DNA of 64,000 nucleotides, taken from sequence record SRR22947725_1805. The stretch is one strand, 5' to 3'. Positions 41,470 to 51,786 of the stretch are shown here, in pieces. The translations under genes were made by a program, and so were the position numbers. How positions within the stretch are numbered: position 1 is the stretch's first letter; each line of letters begins with the position of its first letter. The notes below the pieces were generated by a model. It ran no database searches. It saw only the letters and a program-made list of their open reading frames with translations, and had not been told where the DNA came from.

Positions 41470-43616
41470 GCGTAACCCTTGATACCCCGCTAGCGAAGAT
41501 CATCGGAGATCGCAGCCAGAAAGCATTCCACAAGGCCTTTGGGTATGAGAGCGTCGGGGACCTGCTGGGGCACTATCCCAGGCGGTATGCAACGAGGGGA
41601 GAGCTGACCTCGATAGCGGAGATTCCTATTGGTGAGCAGGCGACCCTGGTCGCCGAGGTGGTCTCCGTTTCGACCAGGCCCATGCGCCAGAAACGCGGCA
41701 GCGTGCTGGAAGTGGTTATTACCGATGGCACCGGCGGCGTGACGCTGACATTTTTCAACCAGGCGTGGCGACAAAAAGACCTCAGCCCGGGTGTTCGGGG
41801 AATTTTTGCCGGAAAAATTGGCCTCTATCGAAACTCGCGCCAGCTGGCCCACCCCGACTATGAACTTTTTGTCGATGTGGAACCCAGCGAAGAAGCTCGA
41901 GAAGACTGGGCCAAAAAGCCCATCCCGCTTTACCCGGCAACCTCCACCCTCGCCAGCTGGCAAATTGCTAAAGCGATTGGTGTGGTGCTGGACGTTCTGG
42001 AACTGAAGGACGAAGCGGTGCCAGACACAATTCGAGAGGCAGAGGGAATCCTCGGCCATTACGAGTCGCTGGTCCACATTCACCGGCCTGTGGAGGCCGC
42101 CGGGTGGGCAAGCGCACAAAAGTCATTGCGGTTCCAGGAAGCCTTGACCCTGCAGTGTGCCTTGGTCGCGAGGAGGCAGCGCCAGCGCCAAGTGGCAGGA
42201 GTCACGAGAAAACCAGGCGAGGACACCAATGCTTTCCTCGCCTCTTTACCTTTTGAATTGACCGAGGATCAAGTCACGGTGGTCAACCAGATCCATGAAG
42301 ACATGGCTGCGCCTCACCCCATGACACGACTTGTGCAGGGTGAAGTGGGTTCAGGGAAGACCGTTGTTGCGGCCTGTGCAATGGTCACCGTGTCGCAATC
42401 GGGCGGGCAAACGGCATTGCTGGCCCCGACCGAGGTGCTGGCTAACCAGCACTTTCGATCGCTCATGCACACCCTGGGGTCTGATGCCTCCGCCAGGCTA
42501 AACCCCGTCCTGCTTACAGGGTCGCTGCCCGCGGCGGCCAAAAAGAAAGCACTATTGGCAGCGGCATCGGGAGCGTCCCACGTGATTGTGGGAACCCATG
42601 CGTTGCTAGGCGATGCCGTTCAATTTGCTGATTTGGGTCTGGTGGTCATCGATGAACAACATCGGTTTGGGGTGGACCAGAGGGAAGTATTGCGACAAAA
42701 AGGTCAGCACCCTCACCTGTTGGTACTCACGGCAACACCTATCCCTCGCACCGTGGCAATGACGGTGTTTGGCGATTTGGATGTGTCCACTATCGCCACG
42801 ATGCCTCAGGGCCGCAGCCCCATTTCTTCGCACGTCGTTGCTTTGGCTGACCATCCCGGGTGGTATTCCCGGGTGTGGCAAAGGGTGGCCGAAGAAGTGA
42901 GGGCAGGCCGGCAGGCTTTCGTGGTGGCACCGGCGATTACGGCGGCGGTCGTAGAAGAAGACACCGACATTGAGGACGAGTCAGAGGAGCTCGCAAAGAA
43001 ACCGCTGAGCACGGTGGAAGAAACCTTGCCGCTGCTTCGCGGGCTCTCCGAGCTTGCGGGGATGAGAATTGAAGCGCTCCACGGTCGGATGCCCAGTGCG
43101 GAAAAAGACGGAGTGATGTCTGCTTTTGCGGCCGGAGACATCGATGTCCTCATTGCCACAACGGTCATCGAAGTGGGAATTGACGTCCCCAATGCTTCCG
43201 TGATGGTCATCCTTGATGCCGATCGGTTTGGCGTGAGCCAACTCCACCAGCTTCGCGGCCGGGTGGGCCGCGGTGAATACGGTGGCACCTGTTTGTTGGT
43301 GAGCTATGCGGAAACGGGGACGAATGCCCGAGAGCGTGTAGAGGTCGTTGCCAGCACGCTGGATGGGTTTGAACTGGCCGCGAAGGATCTCGAACTGCGC
43401 AGCGAAGGCGATGTGTTGGGAGTCAGACAATCAGGGGTGCGCTCCAGGCTCAAATTGTTGCGGGTGACACGGGATGGAGATGTGATCGACGCAGCCCGAA
43501 CGTATGCGGAGGCGTTGGTGGAAAAAGACCCCGAGCTTATCGATTACCCCGGACTCCGTGCCGAAATTGGTAGGCGCTTGGATGACGGCGCTGAGGAATA
43601 TCTCGAGAAGACGTAG
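41466..43616 (+). CDS. recG: ATP-dependent DNA helicase RecG
   Basis: QGEVGSGKT, DEQHRFGV, TATPIPRT, QLRGRVGRG, wedge domain HPDY. Confidence 0.97.
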   Translation: MSVTLDTPLAKIIGDRSQKAFHKAFGYESVGDLLGHYPRRYATRGELTSIAEIPIGEQATLVAEVVSVSTRPMRQKRGSVLEVVITDGTGGVTLTFFNQAWRQKDLSPGVRGIFAGKIGLYRNSRQLAHPDYELFVDVEPSEEAREDWAKKPIPLYPATSTLASWQIAKAIGVVLDVLELKDEAVPDTIREAEGILGHYESLVHIHRPVEAAGWASAQKSLRFQEALTLQCALVARRQRQRQVAGVTRKPGEDTNAFLASLPFELTEDQVTVVNQIHEDMAAPHPMTRLVQGEVGSGKTVVAACAMVTVSQSGGQTALLAPTEVLANQHFRSLMHTLGSDASARLNPVLLTGSLPAAAKKKALLAAASGASHVIVGTHALLGDAVQFADLGLVVIDEQHRFGVDQREVLRQKGQHPHLLVLTATPIPRTVAMTVFGDLDVSTIATMPQGRSPISSHVVALADHPGWYSRVWQRVAEEVRAGRQAFVVAPAITAAVVEEDTDIEDESEELAKKPLSTVEETLPLLRGLSELAGMRIEALHGRMPSAEKDGVMSAFAAGDIDVLIATTVIEVGIDVPNASVMVILDADRFGVSQLHQLRGRVGRGEYGGTCLLVSYAETGTNARERVEVVASTLDGFELAAKDLELRSEGDVLGVRQSGVRSRLKLLRVTRDGDVIDAARTYAEALVEKDPELIDYPGLRAEIGRRLDDGAEEYLEKT

Positions 43617-43659
43617 GCCGCGTCACATTTTTGTAACACTCGGGTCATAGGCTTAGAGA

Positions 43660-44151
43660 ATGAGCACCGTTGCTGTCGTTCCTGGATCCTTTGACCCTGT
43701 GACCCTGGGGCATCTTGACGTGATTGAACGTGCTGCCGGGCTTTTTGACGAGGTGCACGTGTTGGTGGTCCACAATCCTGGCAAAGAAGCCCTTTTTCCT
43801 ATCGCCCAGCGGGTCACCCTGCTGGAGCGCTCGATCGCTGACGCACAGCTGACGGGGAAGATAGTTGTCACTTCCTGGAGTGTGGGATTGCTGGTTGATT
43901 ACTGCACCGATGTGGGGGCGAGGGTGTTGGTCAAGGGAATCCGCTCTCAAGTAGATGTGACCTATGAAACTCCAATGGCGATTGTGAATCGCAATCTGGC
44001 CGGAATTGAAACCGTGTTCCTGCTACCCAACCCTGCCAACGCCCACGTCTCCAGCTCCCTGGTGCGCCAGGTTGCCTCGTTGGGGGGCGATGTGGCGCCG
44101 TATGTGCCCCACGCGGTCGCTGACTACCTGGCACACACCGAACTGCCCTAG
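43660..44151 (+). CDS. coaD: pantetheine-phosphate adenylyltransferase
   Basis: [20 protein letters not shown]. Confidence 0.97.
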   Translation: MSTVAVVPGSFDPVTLGHLDVIERAAGLFDEVHVLVVHNPGKEALFPIAQRVTLLERSIADAQLTGKIVVTSWSVGLLVDYCTDVGARVLVKGIRSQVDVTYETPMAIVNRNLAGIETVFLLPNPANAHVSSSLVRQVASLGGDVAPYVPHAVADYLAHTELP

Positions 44152-44191
44152 TTTTCGCTTTTTTCTAAGCCAAGCCTTCTACACTGGTCAC

Positions 44192-44728
44192 GTGGCACAT
44201 AGCAAAGCATCCCCCTTACGCGTAGGGGTCAAAGACCTTTCTCATCAACCCGGGGCAATGCGCGAGCTCACCCTCGACATTGCAGCACCCGAGCAATACG
44301 GCACAGCGGTTGCCGTGGTCTCCGAGGGTTCTCCCATGACCGTGGAGTTGCGCTTGGAAGGTCTCCAGGAGGGTATTTTGGCGACCGCGGAGGTGCACAC
44401 CGAGGCGACTGCCTCGTGTGTGCGATGCCTCGATAGCTTCACCTTTGAGCACCGAGTCGATTTTCGAGAGCTTTTCGCGTACTCTGGGGACGAGCCCGAT
44501 TCTTACACGGTGGATCACGACGCCCTTGAACTTGAGAGTGTCATTCGGGATGCGGTCGTCTTAGAACTTCCCTTCCAGCCAACGTGTTCCCCACAGTGTT
44601 TCGGCTTGGACCCTGCAACGGGGGAAAAGCGAGATGCTCCCGCTAGCGAAGCTAGCGAGGATGCCATTGATCCCCGGTGGCAAGAACTGGCTAAACTGCT
44701 CGAGGACAAAAATCCCGAGAGCTCCTAA
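44192..44728 (+). CDS. YceD/DUF177 family protein
   Basis: C.RCL, RDAVVL.LPF.P.C...C.GL, DPRW..L; upstream of rpmF. Confidence 0.9.
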   Translation: MAHSKASPLRVGVKDLSHQPGAMRELTLDIAAPEQYGTAVAVVSEGSPMTVELRLEGLQEGILATAEVHTEATASCVRCLDSFTFEHRVDFRELFAYSGDEPDSYTVDHDALELESVIRDAVVLELPFQPTCSPQCFGLDPATGEKRDAPASEASEDAIDPRWQELAKLLEDKNPESS

Positions 44729-44751
44729 ACAGCAAGCGAAAGAAGAGAACC

Positions 44752-44955
44752 ATGGCAGTCCCCAAGCGGAAGAAATCCCGGTCGAACACCCGTCACCGTC
44801 GTTCGGCGTGGAAGGCTGAGCTGCCTACCCTGGTGAAGTCCACCGAAGGCGGCAAGACGGTCTATCGTCTGCCTCACCGCGCATCCGTGGTGGAAGACAG
44901 CGCCGGAACACCTTTGTTCATGGAATACAAGGGCCGCAAGGTCGCCGACGTCTAA
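44752..44955 (+). CDS. rpmF: 50S ribosomal protein L32 (Cys-free form)
   Basis: [26 protein letters not shown]. Confidence 0.96.
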   Translation: MAVPKRKKSRSNTRHRRSAWKAELPTLVKSTEGGKTVYRLPHRASVVEDSAGTPLFMEYKGRKVADV

Positions 44956-44956
44956 C

Positions 44957-45688
44957 GTGGGAGTGCATGAGGAAGCCGGTCCGGTTTCTCCATCCGCTGC
45001 ACCCGACCCGGCCCCCCTGTTGGAGGCGCTGGGCGTTGAGGTCTCCCTCGAGGTTCTTGAGCGTGCCCTCACGCACTCTTCTTATGCCTACGAGCAGGGC
45101 GGGCTCGATAACGAACGCTTCGAATTCTTGGGCGATGCCGTGTTGGGTCAAGCCATCACCCACTCTCTCTATCTGCGCTTCCCGGATCTCCCCGAAGGGG
45201 AACTGGCGAAACGTCGCGCAAGTATCGTCTCGACCAGTGCTTTGGCAGAAGTAGCTGAGTCCATCAGCCTGGGTGTTCACCTGCGCTTAGGGCGCGGTGA
45301 AGAACTGACGGGAGGCCGGGAAAAACCCTCCCTGTTGGCGGACACCCTCGAAGCGTTGATTGCCGCGGTATTTCTCGATCAAGGCCCCGTCGCTGCCACC
45401 GCGTGTGTGGAGCGGTTGATGGGCGGGCTCGTCGACGACGCCGATGCGCGCAGCGAAGTAAGTGACCCGAAGACTGCCCTCCAAGAGTGGGCCGCCAAGC
45501 ACCAGAGCGGTGTGCCCCAGTACACGATCACCCACTCCGGTCCCGACCACGCAAAAATCTTTGTCGCCCAGGTTTTCCTGGACTCCCCTTCGCCGGAGCG
45601 CACACCCGTCGGAGAGGGATCTGGAAGCTCAAAAAAAGCAGCAGAATTGGTTGCTGCCAGTGTGGCGCTGAAAAGCCTCAGGGCCTAA
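44957..45688 (+). CDS. rnc: ribonuclease III
   Basis: ALTH.S, NERFEFLGDAVL, ADT.EA, dsRBD DPKT.LQE / GPDH / SKK.AE. Confidence 0.96.
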   Translation: MGVHEEAGPVSPSAAPDPAPLLEALGVEVSLEVLERALTHSSYAYEQGGLDNERFEFLGDAVLGQAITHSLYLRFPDLPEGELAKRRASIVSTSALAEVAESISLGVHLRLGRGEELTGGREKPSLLADTLEALIAAVFLDQGPVAATACVERLMGGLVDDADARSEVSDPKTALQEWAAKHQSGVPQYTITHSGPDHAKIFVAQVFLDSPSPERTPVGEGSGSSKKAAELVAASVALKSLRA

Positions 45689-45695
45689 ATCTTTC

Positions 45696-46592
45696 ATGCC
45701 CGAGCTTCCCGAGGTTGAGGTGGTGCGCTTGGGCCTCGTCCCCGTGGTGCCTGGAGCCCGGGTTGAGTCGGTCGAAGTTCTTGATCCCCGATCTCTCAAA
45801 CGCCACCGCGGTCCCTCAGAAGACTTTCGCCACCGCCTCGAGGGCGCCGAGTTTGACAGCCCACTTCGTCGGGGAAAGTTCTTGTGGATTCCCCTCCGCG
45901 GCACGACCCAAGCCCTGGTCTGCCACCTGGGGATGAGTGGACAGGTATTACTGGGGGAGGAAGCTTCTGACTTTGGGTCGCATCTGCGCATTCGCCTCGG
46001 CCTGGTCCCCGCCACGGGCAAGCCGTATGTGGTGGGGTTTGTCGATCAACGCATCTTCGGTTCACTGGCGGTCGACGATCTGGTGGACGGCGATGGCGCC
46101 GGTGGCTGGGGAAGTGATGACCCACGTGTTCCCCACTCCGTGGCACACATCGCGAGGGACCCGCTTGATGAAGCGTTTGACCTCGATGCCGTGAGCGCCA
46201 AGGTTCGGGGAAAGAACACAGAAATCAAAAGGGTGCTGCTCGACCAGGGGGTGATCAGTGGCATCGGCAATATTTATGCCGATGAGGCACTGTGGGCCAC
46301 GCAGTTGCATTATCGATATCCCACGAATCGGTTGTCAAAGAAAACTTTTGCCCTCTTGATTCACAACGTTAAAGAGGTCTTGATGAAAGCGCTCGCCGAG
46401 GGGGGAACCTCGTTTGACCAGCAGTATGTGAATGTCAATGGAAAGAGTGGATATTTTTCCCGCTCCCTGATGGCCTATGGCCAGCAGGGCTCGCCCTGTG
46501 CGAGGTGTGGGAGCATTCTGGTGCGGGAGCCGTGGATGAACCGCTCCTCCCACCGATGCCCTCGATGTCAGCGGGTTCCCAGGGTCGGGTAA
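45696..46592 (+). CDS. mutM: formamidopyrimidine-DNA glycosylase
   Basis: MPELPEVE, RRGK, HLGMSG, GIGNIYADE, C-terminal Zn finger. Confidence 0.96.
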   Translation: MPELPEVEVVRLGLVPVVPGARVESVEVLDPRSLKRHRGPSEDFRHRLEGAEFDSPLRRGKFLWIPLRGTTQALVCHLGMSGQVLLGEEASDFGSHLRIRLGLVPATGKPYVVGFVDQRIFGSLAVDDLVDGDGAGGWGSDDPRVPHSVAHIARDPLDEAFDLDAVSAKVRGKNTEIKRVLLDQGVISGIGNIYADEALWATQLHYRYPTNRLSKKTFALLIHNVKEVLMKALAEGGTSFDQQYVNVNGKSGYFSRSLMAYGQQGSPCARCGSILVREPWMNRSSHRCPRCQRVPRVG

Positions 46593-46636
46593 GTTTGTAG
46601 CCAGTCCTTAGTGTCCACCGAGAAGCGGAGTAATCA

Positions 46637-49600
46637 GTGCATCTGAAATCCCTCACGCTTAAGGGGTTTAAGTCCTTCGCTCAACCGACCACCTTTGCTT
46701 TTGAACCCGGTGTCACCTGCGTCGTGGGACCCAATGGGTCCGGTAAATCCAATGTCGTTGATGGCCTGGCCTGGGTGATGGGTGAACAGGGCGCCAAGAC
46801 CTTGCGCGGTGGGTCCATGGAAGATGTCATCTTCGCTGGCACCACCTCCAAAGCGCCGCTGGGTCGAGCAGAGGTCATGCTCACCATCGATAACTCCGAT
46901 GGGGCACTTCCCATCGACTACAGCGAAGTCACCATCTCCCGCACCCTCTTTCGCAACGGTGCCAGCGAATATGCGATCAACAAAGAACCCGTTCGATTGC
47001 TCGATGTTCAAGAACTTCTCAGTGACTCCGGTCTGGGTCGCGAAATGCATGTCATCGTGGGTCAGGGCCAACTAGACCAGGTGTTACACGCGAGCCCCGA
47101 TGACCGGCGACGCTTCATTGAAGAGGCCGCCGGGATTCTCAAGCACCGCAGGCGTAAAGAAAAAACCCAGCGCAAGCTCGAATCTATGCAGGCCAACCTC
47201 ACGCGCCTGAATGACCTGGCGGGTGAAATTCGTCGCCAGTTGACGCCGCTGGGTCGACAAGCAGACATCGCCAAGCAGGCCCAGAGCATTCAGGCGGTGG
47301 TGAGGGACGCGAAAGCCCGGGTTCTCGCCGATGATGTGGTCGCACTGGGAGCGGCAATCGCCTCATTCCACCTCAATGAACAAGAACGCGCCACCGAGAG
47401 GGCAGCACTGGGTGATCAAGCCGACTCGGGGCGGCGACGCATTGCCGAGTTGGAAGCCGGTGCCGGCAATGACGACCTTGATAAAGCCCGCAGCACCGAT
47501 TTTGCAATCAGGCGCGTCTCTGAGGGCCTGAAGGCTCTGGAATCTTTGGCCACCGAGCGCGCCGGAGGAGCGGAAGAAGAATCCCCAGAGAGCGTCCTTC
47601 ACACCATCAGCGACGAAGTTCTTGCGGATCTAGCCGAAGACCTGACCCGCGCAGGGGCGGCCGTGAGCGCCCATGAAGCAACAGTGGGGAACATTTCCGC
47701 CAGGCTCGCCACCCACAAGGCGTCACTGGTGGCACTTGATCTCCACAGCCGGGACACCATGGAGGCCGCTGACGCCTGGGATGCGAAGGCCCGAGCGCTC
47801 GAGGCGAGCCTGGAGCGCGCTGGTGGTCACGCCACCTCCAGCGCGGAAGACCTGGCTCGCCAAGAAGACGCCCTCGAGCGCGCCAGAGAGCGTGCCGCGG
47901 AGCTCGAGCGCGCCTTGGAGGCCGTGCAGAGTGGTGGTCGTTCGTCCTCAGATATCGTCGCCCAAGCGTTTGAGCAGGCACTGGCTGAAGCAGAAGAGCT
48001 GCTCCGTGTCGCAGAAGAGACCGAGCAGGCCACGCGAAGTGCTCTTCACCAGATCGAGCGCGAACACGAAGCATTGGCCGCCACGGTTTCCGCTCTCGAT
48101 CTGGCCCTCCACACCGACACCGGCGATGACGACCTCTCCGAACACAGAGGAGTCACCGGCCGCGTTTCTGATGCACTGACGGTGACGCCCGGGTACGAAA
48201 CGGCGATTGCCAGGGTGCTCGGTTCACTCACCGATGCGTTCCTCGTGGAGTCGCGTTCGGCCGCACTTGAGGTGGTGAGCGCTCGCTCAGCAAGCGAGAC
48301 CGCGCGCGTGGAATTGGTGATTGCTGACGCCGCAGACACTGCCACCGCTGAGGTGCCAGGCGTGATGGCGGCAACGCAGCTTGTCACCGGACCTGCAGGG
48401 GTCCTTGCCCTGCTCCGCGGCACCTATGTCGCCGACGATATTGCTGCGGTGAGGGGAGCGTGGGGCGGGACATCGAAGTTGCCCTCGGGCGTCATCGTGG
48501 TCACCAAGTCAGGAGATGTTTTTGGTGAGCACGTGGTGCAAACCGGATCAGGGCAAGCCCGTTCCCGGTTGGAGCTTGCCGCCGAGCGGGATTCCGCCCA
48601 CACAGATTTGACCCTTCGATCTGTCGAACTTGAGCGCGCACGCTTCGCTGCCGCCGAAGCGGGAGACTCAAAGACGGCCACAGCGGAAAAAGTCACTCAG
48701 GCGAGGGCTGAACTGAGGGCGGCTGATGTGAAGAGAGCAGAGCTCAGCGAACAAGTTTCTAGCGCCAGGGCTTCCCTCGAGGCGGCTCACGCAGAAATTT
48801 CGCGATTGGAAGAACACTTCCGTCTTGCCGGGGAAAGCCTGGAGACCGCTCGGAACGCCCACGAGTCAGCTCGGGAGGAACACGAAGTATTCCTCGCTAC
48901 GGAGCGGCCCGTCATTGATCACGCCAAGCGCCAAGAATTGGTGGAGGTACTCGATGCCGTTGCCACTGAAGAAGTAGACGCTCGCATTGGGCTAGAAGGG
49001 CTCCGTCAAGGGGTGCGGCAGGCGAGCGAATCGCTTCGTGTTGCCCAGGCTCGAAAGGCCGAAGAAGAGGCAGCAAAAGCCCGGGAAGAGGCGAAGTATC
49101 GCGACCGGGTTGCAAAAGCCAAACGAGCCAGGGCGGTCCTGGGTGTGCTGCCCGATGTCCTCAGCCTTGTCCACGCCAGCGTTGAAGAATCCGCCAGAGC
49201 ATTGGTGAGCGCAGAAGCACACCGCCAGGCCAGCCAGGGAGAGCTCACGGATCTGCGCGCCAAGGACGCCACCCTTCGGGAGCGCCTTGCCTCCATCACG
49301 GAGAGCGTTCATTCGCTGGAGATGCACATTTATGAAAAGAAACTTCAGCGCACCACCCTGCTCGAGCGTGTGAATCTTGAACTGGGCCTCAGCGAAGCGC
49401 TGCTGCTGGAGGAATATTCCCCTGATTCCCCGGTTCCAGGAGACAGCGAAGACGAGGAGGGGGCACCGTTTGATCGTGTTGTTCAAGAAGCGCGCTTAGC
49501 TAAGGCCTCCAAGCAGCTTGACCAGTTGGGGAAGGTCAATCCCCTGGCTTTGGAGGAGTTCAACGCCCTGGAGGATCGCCACACCTTCTTGAAAGAACAG

Positions 49601-50140
49601 CTGGAAGACCTGAGCAAAACCAGGAAAGACCTGGAATCGATCATGGAAGACCTCGACAGCACGATGCAGACCATCTTTGCTGACGCCTTCGCCGATACGC
49701 AGCGCGCGTTTGATGAGGTCTTCCCCATCTTGTTTCCTGGCGGAACCGGCTCGTTGTCGCTGACTGCGCCGGATGATCTCTTGACCACCGGCATTGACGT
49801 GTCCGTTAGGCCTGCGGGAAAGAAAATTGAGCGTCTGTCTTTGCTCTCCGGTGGCGAGAGGTCTCTGGCGGCTGTAGCGCTCTTAATCGCGATATTCAAG
49901 GCTCGCCCGAGCCCTTTTTACATACTCGATGAGGTGGAAGCGGCTCTCGATGATGCCAACCTGGGCAGGCTCTTGAGCGTGATCGAATCGCTTCGAAAAG
50001 ATTCGCAGTTGATTGTCATTACCCACCAGAAGCGCACCATGGAAATCGCCGATGCGCTCTATGGGGTCTCCATGCGCGCCGACGGCGTGAGTGCGGTCGT
50101 GGGTCAGCGTGTCAGGGAGCAGGAAGCTTTGGCTTCTTAG
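46637..50140 (+). CDS. smc: chromosome segregation protein SMC
   Basis: GPNGSGKSN, long coiled coils with hinge, LSGGE, ILDEVEAALD. Confidence 0.96.
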   Translation: MHLKSLTLKGFKSFAQPTTFAFEPGVTCVVGPNGSGKSNVVDGLAWVMGEQGAKTLRGGSMEDVIFAGTTSKAPLGRAEVMLTIDNSDGALPIDYSEVTISRTLFRNGASEYAINKEPVRLLDVQELLSDSGLGREMHVIVGQGQLDQVLHASPDDRRRFIEEAAGILKHRRRKEKTQRKLESMQANLTRLNDLAGEIRRQLTPLGRQADIAKQAQSIQAVVRDAKARVLADDVVALGAAIASFHLNEQERATERAALGDQADSGRRRIAELEAGAGNDDLDKARSTDFAIRRVSEGLKALESLATERAGGAEEESPESVLHTISDEVLADLAEDLTRAGAAVSAHEATVGNISARLATHKASLVALDLHSRDTMEAADAWDAKARALEASLERAGGHATSSAEDLARQEDALERARERAAELERALEAVQSGGRSSSDIVAQAFEQALAEAEELLRVAEETEQATRSALHQIEREHEALAATVSALDLALHTDTGDDDLSEHRGVTGRVSDALTVTPGYETAIARVLGSLTDAFLVESRSAALEVVSARSASETARVELVIADAADTATAEVPGVMAATQLVTGPAGVLALLRGTYVADDIAAVRGAWGGTSKLPSGVIVVTKSGDVFGEHVVQTGSGQARSRLELAAERDSAHTDLTLRSVELERARFAAAEAGDSKTATAEKVTQARAELRAADVKRAELSEQVSSARASLEAAHAEISRLEEHFRLAGESLETARNAHESAREEHEVFLATERPVIDHAKRQELVEVLDAVATEEVDARIGLEGLRQGVRQASESLRVAQARKAEEEAAKAREEAKYRDRVAKAKRARAVLGVLPDVLSLVHASVEESARALVSAEAHRQASQGELTDLRAKDATLRERLASITESVHSLEMHIYEKKLQRTTLLERVNLELGLSEALLLEEYSPDSPVPGDSEDEEGAPFDRVVQEARLAKASKQLDQLGKVNPLALEEFNALEDRHTFLKEQLEDLSKTRKDLESIMEDLDSTMQTIFADAFADTQRAFDEVFPILFPGGTGSLSLTAPDDLLTTGIDVSVRPAGKKIERLSLLSGGERSLAAVALLIAIFKARPSPFYILDEVEAALDDANLGRLLSVIESLRKDSQLIVITHQKRTMEIADALYGVSMRADGVSAVVGQRVREQEALAS

Positions 50141-50162
50141 GCCAAGAGCGTAGGGTTGAGCG

Positions 50163-50324
50163 ATGGGGAACAAGCAGCGGGCAGGATGGCTTCTTGTCGG
50201 TGCCGCCGCTTCGGTCAGCCTGGGCATCATGGCCACCGAAGTCTTGGACCTTGTCCGTCTCGATGGCCCTACGGTGTCGGAAACTCTACCGGTCATCGGG
50301 TTTGAACCGATTCCCGAAGATTAG
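50163..50324 (+). CDS. putative 53-aa single-pass membrane protein (absent from the ORF track)
   Basis: MGNKQRAGWLLVGAAASVSLGIMATEVLDLVRLDGPTVSETLPVIGFEPIPED*; fills the smc-ftsY gap; TAGGGT -10 box 6 nt before the ATG. Confidence 0.6.
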   Translation: MGNKQRAGWLLVGAAASVSLGIMATEVLDLVRLDGPTVSETLPVIGFEPIPED

Positions 50325-50332
50325 GGTCCACC

Positions 50333-51211
50333 ATGGCTTGGGGGAGCGGGAAGTGGTCGCTGGGGCGCGCCCTTAAAGGGCTCATCCATCAGGCTGAGAT
50401 CACGGACGAGACCTGGGAAGAACTTGAGTCTTCCCTGCTTCAAGCTGATTTTGGCCCCGATGTCGCCGACGAGGTGTTGGGCAGCGTCCGCGACGAGGTA
50501 CATCGCATTGGCACCAGCAATCCTGCCGATGTTCAAGCCATTGTCCGCGACACGTTGGAAGAAAAGCTCGCGGCCTATGACCCCACCCTGGATTTGAGCG
50601 CTCGCCCGGCTGTCATCATGGTGGTCGGTGTGAACGGTGTGGGAAAGACAACGACTATTGGCAAGCTCGCGAAGTTTGTGACGCGGGCTGGGCGAAGCGT
50701 GATTATTGCGGCGGCGGACACCTTTCGCGCGGCCGCAGTGGAACAACTGACCACGTGGGCGCAGCGCGCAGAAGTTCCGATTGTGGTTCCCGACCAGGGC
50801 GGGCAAGACCCGGCGTCTGTGGCATATACAGCGGTCGAAAAAGCCCTTGCCGAAGGCATAGACATTGTCATTATTGACACCGCGGGTCGCCTTCATACCA
50901 AGGCTGGGTTGATGGATGAATTGACCAAAATTCGTCGGGTGGTTGAAAAACTGGCTTCCATTTCCGAAGTCCTCCTGGTCCTTGATGCCACCACCGGCCA
51001 AAACGGTGTGCTCCAGGCGGATGCTTTCCTTCAGCACGCGGGCGTCACGGGGTTAGTGCTGAGCAAAACAGATGGCAGCGCCAAAGGCGGTTTTGTCCTC
51101 AGTGTTCAAAAGAACACGGGGATCCCCATCAAGCTTGTGGGGGAGGGTGAAGGAATTGACGATATGACTGGTTTTTCTGCCCCCGCTTTCGCAGCGGCAC
51201 TCACAACTTAG
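50333..51211 (+). CDS. ftsY: signal recognition particle receptor FtsY (NG domain only)
   Basis: GVNGVGKTTTIGKLA, DTFRAAA, DTAGR, DATTGQN, K.DG.AKGG. Confidence 0.96.
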   Translation: MAWGSGKWSLGRALKGLIHQAEITDETWEELESSLLQADFGPDVADEVLGSVRDEVHRIGTSNPADVQAIVRDTLEEKLAAYDPTLDLSARPAVIMVVGVNGVGKTTTIGKLAKFVTRAGRSVIIAAADTFRAAAVEQLTTWAQRAEVPIVVPDQGGQDPASVAYTAVEKALAEGIDIVIIDTAGRLHTKAGLMDELTKIRRVVEKLASISEVLLVLDATTGQNGVLQADAFLQHAGVTGLVLSKTDGSAKGGFVLSVQKNTGIPIKLVGEGEGIDDMTGFSAPAFAAALTT

Positions 51212-51720
51212 GGCGAGGCCAAATAGGCTCTTCCCAGGTCTTGGTAGGTCCGGGCATTCGCGCGGATCCCCTCCGCTTCAGCTGTGGTGAGTTCCCGGCG
51301 CACTTTCCCGGGAACGCCCGCCACCAGTGACCCTGGGGGGATAACGGTGCCTTCGAGCACGACGGTTCCTGCCGCAATCAGTGTTCCTGCTCCAATACGC
51401 GCTCCATTGAGCACAGTGGCTCCCATGCCAATCAAACAATTATTGTCAACCTCAGCGCCGTGAACCACCGCGCCGTGTCCCACGCTGACGCCCTCGCCGA
51501 TGACCGCGGGATAACCCGGGTCACCGTGAATCACAACATTGTCTTGAAGGTTGGACCCTTGCCCTACGGAAATCGAGTCACGGTCGGCTCGTAGCACGGC
51601 GCCAAACATGATCGTCACTCCCCGGGAGATGGTGACCTCCCCAATCAGGGTGGCGTTGGGGGCTAGGAATACCCCGTCGCCAATGTCGGGTGTGTGGAAG
51701 CCAAAAGTAACCAGGGGCAT
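51208..51720 (-). CDS. gamma carbonic anhydrase family (hexapeptide repeat) protein
   Basis: LRAD, N.QD..VIH, GH.AVVHG (three His), IGMGA, G.PGK..R. Confidence 0.9.
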   Translation of the reverse strand: MPLVTFGFHTPDIGDGVFLAPNATLIGEVTISRGVTIMFGAVLRADRDSISVGQGSNLQDNVVIHGDPGYPAVIGEGVSVGHGAVVHGAEVDNNCLIGMGATVLNGARIGAGTLIAAGTVVLEGTVIPPGSLVAGVPGKVRRELTTAEAEGIRANARTYQDLGRAYLASP

Positions 51721-51786
51721 GTTTCCCAGCATAGAAGGCGCGGCCTCCTCACTGTGTCTGTGGCGGCTCGGATAGTCTTGACTTTT

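Noticed and set aside
48500-48560. SMC hinge reads QTGSG instead of the usual GG motif
   Set aside because: It is a single substitution in an intact full-length SMC, with no basis for a functional claim.
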